64,000 nucleotides of DNA from Amoebophrya sp. A120 (lineage: Eukaryota; Protista; Dinoflagellata): assembly GCA_905178155.1 (NCBI GenBank), contig CAJINV010000002.1, positions 11,076,634 to 11,140,633 of the forward strand. Reading direction: 5' to 3'. A program made the translations under genes and the position numbers. Of this stretch, positions 1 through 12,488 are shown one piece after another. The notes below the pieces were generated by a model that saw nothing but the letters and a program-made list of their open reading frames with translations, did no database searches and was not told the origin of the DNA. Numbering within the stretch: the stretch's first letter is position 1; each line of letters starts with the position of its first letter.

Positions 1-220
1 TTTTTCGTTTCTATTCTTTGTTTTTGTTTTTTATTTTCATTCTTTGTTTTCATTCTTTGTTTTCGTTTTTCGTTTCTATTCTTTGTTTTCGTTTTTCGTT
101 TCCATCCTTTGTTTTCGTTTTTCGTTTCCATTCTTTGTTTCCATTCTTTGTTTCCATTCTTTGTTTGCGTTTTTCGTTTTCATTCTTTGTTTTTGTTTTT
201 CGTTTCTATTGTTTGTTTTT
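1..220. repeat. Degenerate T-rich tandem repeat (unit approx. TTTTCGTTTYYATTCTTTG)
   Basis: Repeated TTTTCGTTT and ATTCTTTG blocks across 1-220; the F/V/S-rich ORFs here are artefacts of the repeat. Confidence 0.85.
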
Positions 221-2051
221 ATTGCGGGATACTATTAAATAATGGGTTTTCTGACTTATAACTAGAGATTGCATGTTCTCCGTCGATCATGGTGTTTGTA
301 TTCCTGATTCACTCGAGACTTGAAGCAGGCTTGACATCAAAATGAAGGCATCACTCACGATGCACGACTGAGGTTTCGGTGATATTATTGTCAGCTTCAC
401 ATACTCGTATCGTACTCGTAGTAATGCTGCGCTTGTAGTAATCCTAATCCAGGGATCAGGGGCGTTTTCATCGTCACAGCAGGCTGGTGGGGAAGCAAAT
501 CCGGTGGATGACGAAAGTTACTACTACGCGGGAGCCCGTGACCTGCTGCAACGAGCGTAGAAGATGAAGAGGTCTATTGAACCTTGCCGAGGAAGCAATT
601 TGGATATGGAGATTTTACCATGGATGCATGTTTGCGCAGAGCGTAGTTTCTGTATCAAATTTATTGTCGCACTGTTACTGTTTCTGTAGCAGTAGCTGTG
701 TGTAGCTGTTTTACGCTGCATGTGCGTCCGCCCTCTCTTGTCGACGAGAAATGAATCTTATGGTTAAGGAGGGGAAAGCGAAAGCACAAATGGAAATGCA
801 TAAGATTGAAAATCTGAGGTTGAACTAGAACCGAGTCCCTCAAACAACATCGAAATTGATTCCGATGATTATTGTTTTGGGAGTCTCGAAGCCGAAACTG
901 GTATACTATGTCCTCGTTTGGCGAAATGGAAATTCAACAAAAGTACGTACTTAGATGAATCCGGTATATTAGTTCGTCGAAAATGTAAATGAACAAGAAA
1001 GAGTGCACTTTGTATTACTTCGCACAAAAATCAAGTCTAAGTCTATCATGTCCATATCTCTAGCATAATCATATTCGATTCTTCTATTTTCTAGTGTAGT
1101 AGGAGATCTTGATCTTCTAGACCGCGTGGTGGCGTGCTCTATTTTGCAAATGACTGATGAAATAGAAACGAGTACAATTTTCTAGGGTGGATCACGAATA
1201 GCAGTAACGCTATTCTGTGACGTGTAACAAACAGTTTCGGTTTGAAAAATGCCACAACTACAATGCCATGCAATCTTTGCTGACTTCGAATTTTTCTTGG
1301 TACTGCGTGCTTTTGAGGTGGAAGCAACTACATGCAGAGCATTCACTGATTCGACGATCGCTTTGTGATGAGCCGCTATGGAGTTGATAGTAATTCGGAT
1401 TCTCTTCAACAAGAGATCGAGCTCCTGCAGAAAGGTTTTCCGGCCGACCAGAGCTAGTTTCTTGCCAGCAGCCAGGCACAAGGGTCATACTGACGGGTTT
1501 GGGGTCCGTCGGACTGAAAGCATGACACTTACTTACAGTTTGATGGTGCGCGCATGATTAAATGAAGTCATAGCACAACCAGGGCAACAGAAGTGAAAAT
1601 GTAGTAAGTAAGCAATCACGAGAAGTGAGAACTTCCGACTCACCTTGCTCGTAGGATCCTGGATCCCTTATCAAAGCGGAAACATGATCTATTAACGGTC
1701 TCACCAGGTATTGGGCTAGATTTTTTTGCTAGAACGATTCTCCTGGGCGACATTGCTCGACTTGTGCCCTCCCTAGCACTTTGCTTTTATGTTTTCTGGA
1801 AGATCGACACCAGCATCTTTGCGCGACAGCGAAAATGGCCTCCCGTGCCGGGGCGTCGAGCGCAGTGCCTCGATTGATTCGAGTCTTATTGAAGGTACTG
1901 CAACCGCGGCAAAGCTCAAGACTCTCTAGATCGTCGCTTTTCTTCTAAGAAAGTAGTCACCAGCCACGCATCTTCCGGTCCTGGTGCTAATCTTACTACA
2001 AAGAAGAGAATGTGCACATGCACAAAAATACCGCGGCAGCTTTCCGTTAGC

Positions 2052-5000
2052 ATGGCGCTGCGCTTTTCTTATGTGGCTCTTTTGCAATTGTTCCAATTGC
2101 AGCGTGTGGCCCCACTGTGGTCTGTGAAAGGACTTGTGGAGATTGCAGCTCGAGAGTTGGACCCTCGTACGAAGGAGAACGAGCAGCAGCAAGACTCCGA
2201 GGACGGCGTGAAAACAAATAGATCTTCGGCTCGTCTGGCTGCGGCCTCCTCCTACAACCGTGCGGCGAAGGTAACCGAGTTGTGGTTTCACGATCGGACG
2301 CAACACACTTTTGATGCGTCTTCGCCGAAGGAGGAGGAGCCCGCCGCTGCAGTTGGAGTTATGCCCTCAGTGTTCTACTACGAAGACTACGAAAAACGCC
2401 GAGAGCTTATTGAGGCTGAGCAGCCGCAATTACAGCGGAGGGGTGGTCCACGCAATGATATCTCGGAACGCCCGCGGGTCCCTAATTCCTGTCTAGAAGT
2501 TGAACAAAGCGAAAACTTAAATAAATGCGACCGTTGCGGTAGCATTGCTGCGCTTACCGCTGTACTCGAGCGACTGCAAAAATTGGATTGTGCCGTTCCT
2601 GTCGGAGCGGATGAATACGAAGACGTCGATCAGGCTTCTCTAGGTCCTTCAAAAGAAAGAACTTCGCCAGAAACACACACGGAATGCGATAGCCACAACA
2701 AGTATTGGAGCAAGCCTTGTCGGGGTGTGAATTCTACTGTCGCGACCCCAGCTCTGGCCGCAGACATTATGAAACCTGTGGCGCGCTACGTGGCCACGAA
2801 CGCACTGAAAATTACACAGTGGAAGTCTCTACAAGTCGTTATCAAATGAAAAGAGGGAGAATCTTCGATCGATTGAGCTTCATGAATCTGCGCACCAGCT
2901 CTAGAAACTCGTCAAGCATGAATGATTGCAGGTTGTTTCCGTCTGCTTGCTCGATGTGATGCAGCTTTCTCTTGCCTTGGGGCACTTGGTCATCCTGATC
3001 CTGTCGTAGCTCTGACGCGGATCTTATTTCTGGGCATCTTGTTATTCATCCCATCGCGATCGCGCTACGCTAGTTGGCATTGTGAAGGCGTTTGTTCAGG
3101 CCTTCAGCTTAAATGTAGAGCCTCTGAATCATGTATACCTCACGAGCCCCCGCCCCCCGCTCCTGCATATGAGTTCAGGACAATAGTTGTACTTTTGTCA
3201 TTTTCGTGCACCTTCAGAGGCATGAATATGGATTGCTGATAATACATAAACAATTTGTGCTGTAGGGAGTCTTCTTTCAGTAGCTGCTTCGCTTCTACCT
3301 CCTCCTAAGAGCGCACGTTGGAAGATTCTTCCTTTGGCATAATCTGTCCGGAGGCCTTCGTTAAATGGTTCTGCAAGGGAAAAACACTTCATCTCGATTT
3401 GGTTTACCTGGAAATAACTACAACATTGATATCAATAGAAGGGTGCATAATTCAGAGCTCCTGAACCGAAAGCATATATCAACACCAAGCTCGGAGCTCA
3501 TGGATCCTATCCGGAACCAACGGGAGATATTGGAAGTTCATGTTTTATTCCGGCGGTTCCTTGTCTTGGTAGACTCATTTGCAGCTGCTGCAGCTAGAGC
3601 TCCCTCACAAAGAGGAACTCCCATCGCTAACGAGATAAACTTAAACCCGTCAAATGCATCAAACCCTATGCCCAGGCACATTGACCTGTCTCTTTATCTT
3701 TTCAGACAGGTGCATTCCATTTCCAGCTGCTGATGGTGTATGGTAGAAGCAGTACATGTCGTGGTTGTGGTGTTTCGCTTGCATAACGGTCCTTGCGTGT
3801 CTACCCCTCTTCCGGCGCATTGTACGGCACGGAAATCTACTTTCTATTCTATCAAACCGCAACCGCTCAAGAAATCCGGTTCCGGAGTCAGCAAGCTCAT
3901 GCCACCCCTCCAGATTTCGCCCGTTCGCGGATATTAGCTAATTCTGGGGCGGACCAGCCTGGTGGGACTCGGAGTGCTGAAACGCATGGGCTGTCGTCTC
4001 GTATCTTGACAGACGTATCCAGCTTATCGAACTTTCTGATAGAATCACCTGCAATTTCACGATGAACCTCCTGCAACATTTTCCATCTTCGCTTGTTGAC
4101 AAGCGAAGATGGAGAATGTGCATTTAGAGCAAGTGTTGTTGTAGCGGTGGAAAATCACGAAAAGTGGGAAAAAAAAACTAGAAACACTCAGAATGCAGCA
4201 TGATCAAGGACGACGGATGAAGATAGATTGGTCCTCTTTGTGCTCCCGGAGCTTGATCACTCTATTTCCCGTGCGTCTTGATACACTGGAAGAAAGTTTT
4301 TCGATTTTCTTTTGAGCGGTTCGGAAGAAAGTTTTTCTGCAATCACACGTGTGGCACTACGATGTGCGTGACGATAGTTTTCGGGTGGCCTACCAGCTTG
4401 ACACGAGCCGCCGTAAGGTAGCGTATGGGAACAAATGCTAACCCAGCACTATGTCGTGCTAATGAACCCGAGGGTGAGGGAAAGGGATCCTCGTCGTGCC
4501 AGACGGTGTGCCAACCCAACCTAAGAGTATAAAAAAGATTATATTATATTTTTTTATCTTCTTGTGTGCAGCTGTTTGATGATGTGCATTTGCAATCGAA
4601 CATACCACGTTCGTTTTCGGCTGCTCATAAACACTCTGCTGTAGACAAAAGGATGGCGTTGGACGATTACGCACAAGAAAGAACCGAGCCAGTGCGACCC
4701 CTGTTAGTGTCATCCCATCTTGATGTCTCAGGGGGATTCTCCTTGCATGTTAGTACTTATGTTTCTCGTGACGTCGTCAACGTCATTCAAAAAGCGCAAC
4801 CTGCAAGGAGCACAGGCTCGTCTTTGAAGGTGCACCTATTAATTTGATCTTTACTGAATTCTATGTCTATCTACCTACCTACTTACGTGGTTTGCGGGAA
4901 AGAGCGTCATCCCCGAGTATCAAGTTAGGAAAAAATAAATATACAAACTCAATTTGTTTCACGTTGTGGTGTCATTTGTTCCCTCGAATACGGTGATGAC

Positions 5001-7142
5001 GATTACGAAGTGGGCACTTTTCGCAAAAAAAATCATCCGGCGCGCGCCGACGCGGGCGTTCTCGGCATTGTGCTGACAACGGTATGGCAGCGACAGACTT
5101 ACAAGTATGGCGAGCGGGGTCTGCGCTATGCGCTGCTCGATGCGGGGCACGTACTGGGAGCGCTGGAGTTTGCGGTTCAGAAATTCAATGCAGAAGCCGC
5201 TGCAGCCTCGGACGAGACGGAGCTTAATGACGACAACGAGGACGGCCGTCCGTTGTCTTCCTTGTCACCGCGGCCAGTTGAGGGTGGCCTGAACGGAGGA
5301 CAGAAAGAGGACCACAACGCGACAGATCAGCGGCATGAGACGAGCCGCCGCCCTAGTACAGTGCCCCCTCTCCTTCGTTTCACGACGGAAAATGGAAATG
5401 GTCTCACATACGACGACGGTAGAAGTAGAGCGCGGCTTGCAGCGGATCGCGTCGTGGAACGCGAAGTGCGGAGCTTTTTTTAACAAAACATTCTACCGCC
5501 AAGGAGGCGCTCTACTTCTATGCAGGGCGAAACGGATTCTGGTAGCGCGGGAGACGTAGAAATAATAGCCACGCAGCCGACAAGCCTGCGTCAAAGGCTG
5601 GACTCCGGGATGAAGAGAGCAGGCGCTACTTCCACTGCGGGAGCTGGACGAAGTAGAAACTTTGGGAAAGATGAAATCGAATATGAGGAAGCCGAAGTCG
5701 ATGGTTCATCTGACGAGTCTCCTTCTTCTAGTACTTCGCCTGCTCCTTCATCGCGGAGCAGCGAAGAGTTTCTGAAGTATTTCGAACTTCGTCTGTCGGC
5801 GGGCTCGGCCACGAGGAGCACGCGTAGTGTGGGCACCACTTCATCTCCCTCGGACGATACAGTCGCAAAGTCTGGTAGTCCTCAGAGTGTCGCTGTTGGG
5901 CCTGAAAGTGAGGCTGTGAGAACTACTACAGGTGAAGGCGACTGGACGAGTGGTCGTGTTGCTCTGCAAGAAGCGTCCACACAGACCAGTCCCTACCTTT
6001 CGACAGCCCCGGACGACACATTGCCTTTTCAAAGTACACTCACAGCATCGGACGATTTTTACGCGTCGACGTTTGTCATGTATGCTGCCATCGCAAATGT
6101 GACCGCGAAATGGGACGCACTGGACTCCATTCAGGGGGACAGCACTCTGAGCGGGCACGAAGAAGATGGCGCACTGGAAGAACCCAACGGTTCATCTTCA
6201 ACCATTTCTACAACTACGGGTTCGACTTTCTTGACGCAATCAGAGCTCCGGCCGCAACTGGTGGCAACGGGGGGTTCATACGATCCAGCTGTTTTCCAGG
6301 TCTCCCGTCATACAGCTGCGTCTTTGGCTGGCATCTCTTTACAAAGCGCCGACTTGCTCTCCTCATGGTCGACTTCTAGGATTGCCGATCGTGTAATCTA
6401 CGAACGGCGCACGGGGGCTTCGTTTGATCGTGCGGTGAGCAGCAGCGCGCCGCTGGCGGTGGCTGATTTCGAATTTCTGCTCGCAAGGCTGGTTCCGGAC
6501 TTTCCCGCGGAGGGGCGATTCGCGAAGCCGCAAAAAGTTCTGCTCTTGCTGCACAACGTAGAAATGTACACGTCTGGCATGTATCTTCTACAGCCGTCAG
6601 TTTCTGCGTCGAGTCGTCCACAGCTGGAGTTGGTCGCGCCGATGCACCAAAACCAAACCCGCATCCTGGGGCAAAACGCTGCCTGTGGCCAGACGCTTGG
6701 TGGCAACGGATTCCTCGCTTTGGCGGTGCTTAGTCAATTCAAGTCGCACGAAATCGAAGATGAAGCAGCAGTGGCGCATCATGATGGAGGAGACCACCAG
6801 AAAGAAACTCGACCGGCCGCGGCCTGGTCCTCCCAGACAGATTATAGGACAGAACACTTACAGGCGGGTCGTTTGGTGCATAGATTGTATGTCGCCACTG
6901 AATATCTGCGAATACGAAAGGATGAACATGAAACTGGTGGCGCTACAGCCTCTGAGAGCAAGACTGAAGCCGAGGAAGCTGCTATTTCCTCGCCGTGGGA
7001 GTTGCGTGCGTCAGGAATGGGATGTTTTGTGGACGCTTACTTTTCGGAGGTCCTACTTGCCGGCTGGGCTGCAGCGGATATGAAGCCACTTTACATGGCA
7101 GCGGTAGGACCGTCTCCGGTTGTGCCGCGGGTAGTATCTTGA
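2052..7142 (+). CDS. SagB/ThcOx-type two-domain nitroreductase (FMN oxidoreductase), multi-exon; intron boundaries only partly resolved
   Basis: Family motifs occur in order across separate ORFs: FHDRTQH (~2290), ITQWKS (~2815), LRVYPSSGALYGTEIY (~3793), WQRQTYKYGERGLRYALLDAGH (~5085), IYERRTGASFD (~6400), ACGQ, YRTEHLQAGRLVHRLYVATE, ASGMGCFVD and PLYMAAVG (to ~7110). Hydrophobic N-terminus from ATG 2052. Confidence 0.8.
5420..5520. mobile_element. TIR-bounded introner in the nitroreductase gene
   Basis: Perfect 14-bp IR TAGAAGTAGAGCGC (5420-5433) / GCGCTCTACTTCTA (5507-5520) enclosing the only in-frame stop (5481-5483) between two same-frame ORFs. The exact splice points are unclear, because element+5 nt = 106 is not a multiple of 3. 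Confidence 0.65.
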
Positions 7143-7726
7143 CGCGAGTACGTACTATGACCACAACGCACGGAGCGCTGTGATCTTCAGCCATTTTCTT
7201 CGTACATACAGTCCCCCCGTGAGCAGCTCGCTGCACTGGTTTTGCGAGAAAGCGCGACTTGCGACTGTACATCGATACGTCAACCGAAGAAGGCGCACCT
7301 AGAAATCGCTTCGCTCCGCGCGGGGTGGAACGCAAATTTAGGCCTCGCTTCCCCCGGTTCTTTATCGAACCAGCGCGCCAGAAAGGCAAAACCAAATGAA
7401 AACTATCAGCGTTCATATTTGTGTTTTTTTCGACATTGAGTCGTGAATACAGCTTGCCCTTGGAAAAAATCTCCACACTCCTGTTGTTCGCAGACGAAAT
7501 TAGATCTGTGCTTCGCTTTCGGCTAAAGGTTGCAACTGCTCCCGCCATCGAAGAGCGTAGCGGGAGAACATCACCCCTCGTGTTTGTAATTAGTCAGCAA
7601 CTTTTGAAATAGAATAATGTTTTTTTCGACCAGCTCTGGCAACATTTTTTCCGTGCCGGCGGTTGTCGGAATCCCCAACCCATGTCGTGCAGCCAAGGGT
7701 GGCTTGCCCGTGGCACAAAGTATTGA

Positions 7727-10700
7727 TTGATTCGTCTTTCTCCACTGCTTCTCGCAGTTGTTATGGTTCGTCTCAGGGGCCCCGTCTTGCCCTGCGGGAG
7801 AGCGCTGGTTTTGTACCAGCATGCTGCTGAGCTGTTTTCTGGGCCATCACTGACAACAGGCCGTCGCGTAATCCGTCGGGAGCATGATGATGATGATGAT
7901 GATAAGAATCGATCGATGAAAGCCTCCCCCTCTTCAAAGCCAGAGTCTGCTACAAAAAATCCTGGAGGACTTGAGGACTTCGATATAGACGCTAGCGCGA
8001 GGACGACGCCGCTTGTAGATGGTGGACCACCTTCGTCTCAGCATGAAGATAGAGCGGAGAGCTGGAATGTATATGCACATGCAGCCAAGCAGGGGCCCGA
8101 AGCACTAAGTACAGGAGGGAGAAGGCAAGTGCTTGGCGTTTCACGTCCCGAGCTGGATCAGCCACGCAATTATGAGGCGCATCAAGGATTGATCGAGGAC
8201 GATCGTGCACATGAATATGTCGATGTAGAGCTGGACACGCACGGCCACGGCACAAAACGAAATTACAATGTCGAAACGCTAACGCATGGGACTACTGCCA
8301 ATCAGAGGTCGACTAGTGGTGTCAGAGCCAAGACGGACGAACAGCACAGCGCCGCCAGAGAAGAGTCCGCCACGTTGCTGGTCAGCAGAAGCGATGCCGG
8401 TCGCCAGCAGGACTTTCCGAACGCGACCGCCGGCACTTCAAATAATTCCACGGGACACACAGAACTACACCAGCCAGAGCGCGCTGCAAGAATCGGTGGT
8501 GTCGTCATGGACTTAGAAGATACTAGGGTAAAAAATGCTGATGCTGCCGAGAATAATTTGAAATCGACACTGCCACTAGCGGCGGTGCCCACAGTCCCCG
8601 AGACAACACGCCGAGATGAAGCAACTTCGGCTGCACCAATCAACTCTACTAAGAAGCAGTCGCGATTCTCTTCACCGCACGCCGCCTCTACGTCCTCCAC
8701 GAGGAACGAAAGTCACTATTTCATCGCCCCTCTATATCACTTGGATTCGAAACGGCGCCTCCAGAATGCAAGCCGGGCAAGGACGAGCCCTGCTGCTTTG
8801 GAAGAAGAAGGTAGTCGGATTGCTTCACCTGCTCATGAAGAGTCTTTTCTACGCGACAATATTCATGATTTTCAGAGTCCTGAGGAGCAGACCTTGCGGA
8901 CGAAGACGACAACAAATCCGAGTTTAGCGCAGCCTTTTCGAGATGCGACGTTGAGGGGTTCGCGAACGAAACAAGATGAAGGACTGCGTGCACAGGAAGC
9001 CAACTATGCCGCGCTCAGCTGGGGCTGTGGTAATCTGGGCTGTTCAAGCAAACAGTTTGATTGCTTATGAATGCGTAAGCAATACGAGAGAAAATGCGTG
9101 CGCGGGCCCTTCAAGTAGAAAGAACGAGTAAGGAACGACAAGAACGAGGCTGCAAGCAGTCGCGCGCCTCGACCTTGTCGCTGCAGTCATTCCATAATTA
9201 CGGTAGAAAAATAGATCGGGGCAGCGTTCTTTGTGCGGAGGAGAGTCAGATGTTTTGGCTCTTCGCTCTTTGGCTCTTACGCACGATGTCCCAGCACGCC
9301 GGGACCCGGCCCCGGTGCAGTAGCTATAGCTTCATTTTTTTTTCTTTTCTTTTCTGTTGCGGCTCTTTGCAGCAGATTTTCAATTCTACTCTCCGGGACC
9401 TGTGTGCGTTTCTCCTTCGCGTTCGATGCTCGTCTCGCACTCGTTCTTCAGTGCAATTTTTCGCTTGCGAACATATCTGCGCCTTTGCGCGTGGCCCCTT
9501 TTGCTCTATGTCTCAGCCTTCGGCTGTGCTTGCATGCGCTCGGTTGGTGGATTAGCACCTGCGTGCACGACCTTCGAAAGGAGACCGCTGGGCCGTTGGT
9601 GTGGTCAAATGGGTGAGCTCCGGCTACAGTGATCTACCTAAGCTTCTATTTTGATTTTACGTTGCAACATGTACGCAAGAAGCAGACCACGTTTGTGTAC
9701 GCATGGCCCTGTCGCCCACGGGACGCAGTGTTGATTGACTAAAGAAGGGCACAGGCACTCCTCGGAGTTTATGCGTCACGCAACAGTTGCGTGACACATG
9801 AAGGAGCCAAATGGTTAGGAACCTTGCCCCCCTGGCCTTGCGCCTCGGCGCAAAAGCCAAATACCCTCCAGCTTCTTAGTTGCTGCTGGTGTTGGTGCAA
9901 CGCAAGGAACTTGGATTCCAATAGTTTGTACTATATTTTTCGCACACAGCCGCGCCTGCAATTTTTATAAGCCAACTGGCTTAGGGCTAGGGGCGGAAGT
10001 CGAAGTGGAACAACGTCAAGACGACCACGCGGCCATGGTCTTGCGGAATCCGAGCGAAGAGGATAAGGATGATACGGAGTTGCGGAAGAGGGATGGCCCA
10101 CACGAGGAAGACATGCTGGACCTCGATGGTGTTCCAGCAGCAGATACGCCGCCGGAAGAGGACGCACGCGCAAGCACGGGCAACGAAACCCAATCGGAAA
10201 ACGCAGTGATCGGTGGGGCAGGGCCAACCGTGGACGAGGAAGTTCTTGAACAAGGTAACGGCAACGATAACGACCGCGAACCAGAAGCATCCATTCTCGA
10301 GGAGGATTACCCTACCATCTTCAATGTGTGGGACGAAGACGAGGGATATTTTTATCCAGAAAAGGACTATGCTCTACTTGAACTTGATGATCTTCAAGAT
10401 AGCGACGAAGGTCATGATGACGACCGCTACACCACGTCGAAGTCGAACTGGAGTCGCACAATAAACAAGACGAACACCTCCAGCATTGGACGTGACAACA
10501 AACAGGATAGCTTCTACCACCCACAGAGCCGGCCGTGGACTTCGTCGAGAATCGTTGACACGCACAGGCAAGATAGGGGCGCTCTTGTTCTGGGCGAGCA
10601 TAAAGATAAAGCACCATCACGCACCGTCGCTGGCGCGGGCGCCCCGGGAAGACCTGTTTCATCGCCCAGCAGTGCTTCCCTGTCCTCCTTTTCCGCCAGC

Positions 10701-12316
10701 CACCTAGGAGGTGAATGGGGCTACAGCGACCCTACATGTCAGAAAAAATCGCGCTCGTTTCCATCGGGTTTGGCGGGTGGTGGCCTAGGTAGACGCCGCC
10801 ACGGGGCAGACGAATGGCATGAGTACGACGATGCGGGTAGGAGTGTGAATCACCTCCCCACCCTTTTGAATCACCTCCCCACGGATCACCTCCCCAAGCG
10901 TATCACCTCCCCACCTGCTCCCCCGTATCACCTACTGTCATGCTTGGCATGCGTCATAGGGTCCATTAAAGGGCGTTTTCCCGTACTATCTGCGCATGAC
11001 AGGTTTTTGCTGTAATGCCAGACAAATTTGTAATGCTGTTCCTCCAAAAAAGTTACACCTACAATATTTTTTTCTCGGATACCTAGCGCCGTGGCTCTTG
11101 AAGAACCCTGAAAGGCTGGAATACATGCAGGAAACACGGTATCGAATGCAAAAATGTCTGGGTCTGGAAGAATGCAACTTGTGATGCTGCATTTGGATTC
11201 CAAAAAAATCTGTATTGCATGAGCAGCAAAGGGAATGCGATTTTTGCTACGCGGAAAGGGCGTTTGTCATGCGGAATAGGCATCGAGATGCCCTCAAGCT
11301 CAAAACAGCTGTGATGCTAGGGCATGCATCACAGACATCATGGCTCATGCAGAACGTGCATCACAAGTCTCAGAATCTTCCAGAGCCAGATGACATATTT
11401 GCAATTCATGCACGGAAAAGCGGAGCCATACCGCATCCCGGAGGGCGAAGAAGCTACGCGGCCGAAGAAGATGAAATGCAAGAAGCAGAGAAAAGATTTG
11501 CAGACGAGGAAGAAAATTTTTCGTCTCTATGAGACTGCACAGCAAAATCCGCTCTCCCCCTTTCATTTGTCATGCAAATCAATAAATACGGCCAAATCCC
11601 GCTGCTGCCGTCCCCTCAGCCTCAGGACACTTTTTGCATGGCGGATTCCGGAAAGAGCGGGGGCCAAAGCAGTACTTCCTACACCCGCCCGACCTTTCAA
11701 TGAGAACGCCTTGGAGTTGTGCACTATCATAAAAATCATCATATTTCCACCATAGCCTCCCACCTCGCACCGCAGTCGTCGACCACGTCGTCCCTGGCAA
11801 CACGAAGATGAACGATCCTGCGGAGATGATAGAAGAAGGCGAGCACTTCTATCTAACAACTCCGGAGGTGCCCGTGCCGCCACGACGCCGCGCCGGAACG
11901 GGAGTCATGGTGCCACCCGCGGGCCACCAATCGAGGACGGGGTACCCAGTCTACACCAAAGCCCAGAAAACGATACTACAGAAGCACTTTCTGAATCTGC
12001 TGAACAAGGTGGCGGCAGCACAGGAAAGGGAAACCGAGCGGTGATATTGCCTAAGCTTAGTGATTCATTGCATCCGAACGACACGACGCACTCACGAAAA
12101 AAGAAACGCAAAGAAATTGTTCATGCTTATGCTTTCTTTTCAAATATACAACGCGATTCTCCAACCATACAAAATGCCTTGCAAGTGAAGCTCCGGCGAC
12201 GGTGTCGACGGCCACCCGTCGCGCGCGAAGCAAAAAAACTTTTGTCGCTGGAACAGGCAAGCGGGTGTCTTCGGAGACCACTAGCCGGTCGTTTCAGAAT
12301 CTTATCTCAATTTTGA
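7727..12316 (+). CDS. Secreted/low-complexity protein, paralog of the downstream TSP1 protein; multi-exon, possibly degenerate; 3' end uncertain
   Basis: Shares RRVIRRE, the 'QRSTS..SAAREE..LVSRS.AGRQ' and 'KKQSRF..LYHLDSKRRLQNASRA..SPAAL' modules, C-V-(H/Y)-D and WGY-x-DP with the 12489-22682 gene. Frames join after removing 11140-11415 and 11528-11759; introns near 9030-9550, 9613-9990 and 10737-11085 are not resolved. Confidence 0.55.
10849..10913 (+). repeat. Four copies of ATCACCTCCCCA
   Basis: Directly visible with short variable spacers. Confidence 0.85.
11140..11410 (+). mobile_element. Introner, family 1 (TIR TATCRARTGYAAAAATGTCTGGGTCTGGAAG), TSD CACGG
   Basis: CACGG at 11135-11139 and 11411-11415; TIR and interior homologous (reverse complement) to 20478-20739; removing 276 nt keeps the frame. 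Confidence 0.85.
11528..11754. mobile_element. Probable introner, degenerate TSD GTCTC/GCCTC
   Basis: TATG...CATA ends, IR TATGAGACTGCACAGC/GTTGTGCACTATCATA and an internal TTGTCATGC; removing 232 nt opens a stop-free frame to 12316. Confidence 0.55.
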
Positions 12317-12488
12317 TGATGTCAACTTGATTTTATCCTGCGATCCTAGAAGGTTGCGCACCTTAGATCCACCTGAACCCTCAGTTCTTTCGTGCCGAAA
12401 CACAAACATAACTGTCTTTCCGCAGTATCGCGTGCGCCGCATGAGCATTCGTCAGCCTGTCTGTGTGAAAATGACAGAATGAAAGAAG

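Noticed and set aside
2840-3790. Single introner spanning the first nitroreductase intron
   Set aside because: An IR-like match exists (CGTTAT/ATAACG), but element+5 nt = 951 gives the wrong frame; there are probably several introns, left unresolved.
7189-7197. Dinoflagellate spliced-leader relic (AGCCATTTT)
   Set aside because: Only 9 nt match, consistent with chance.
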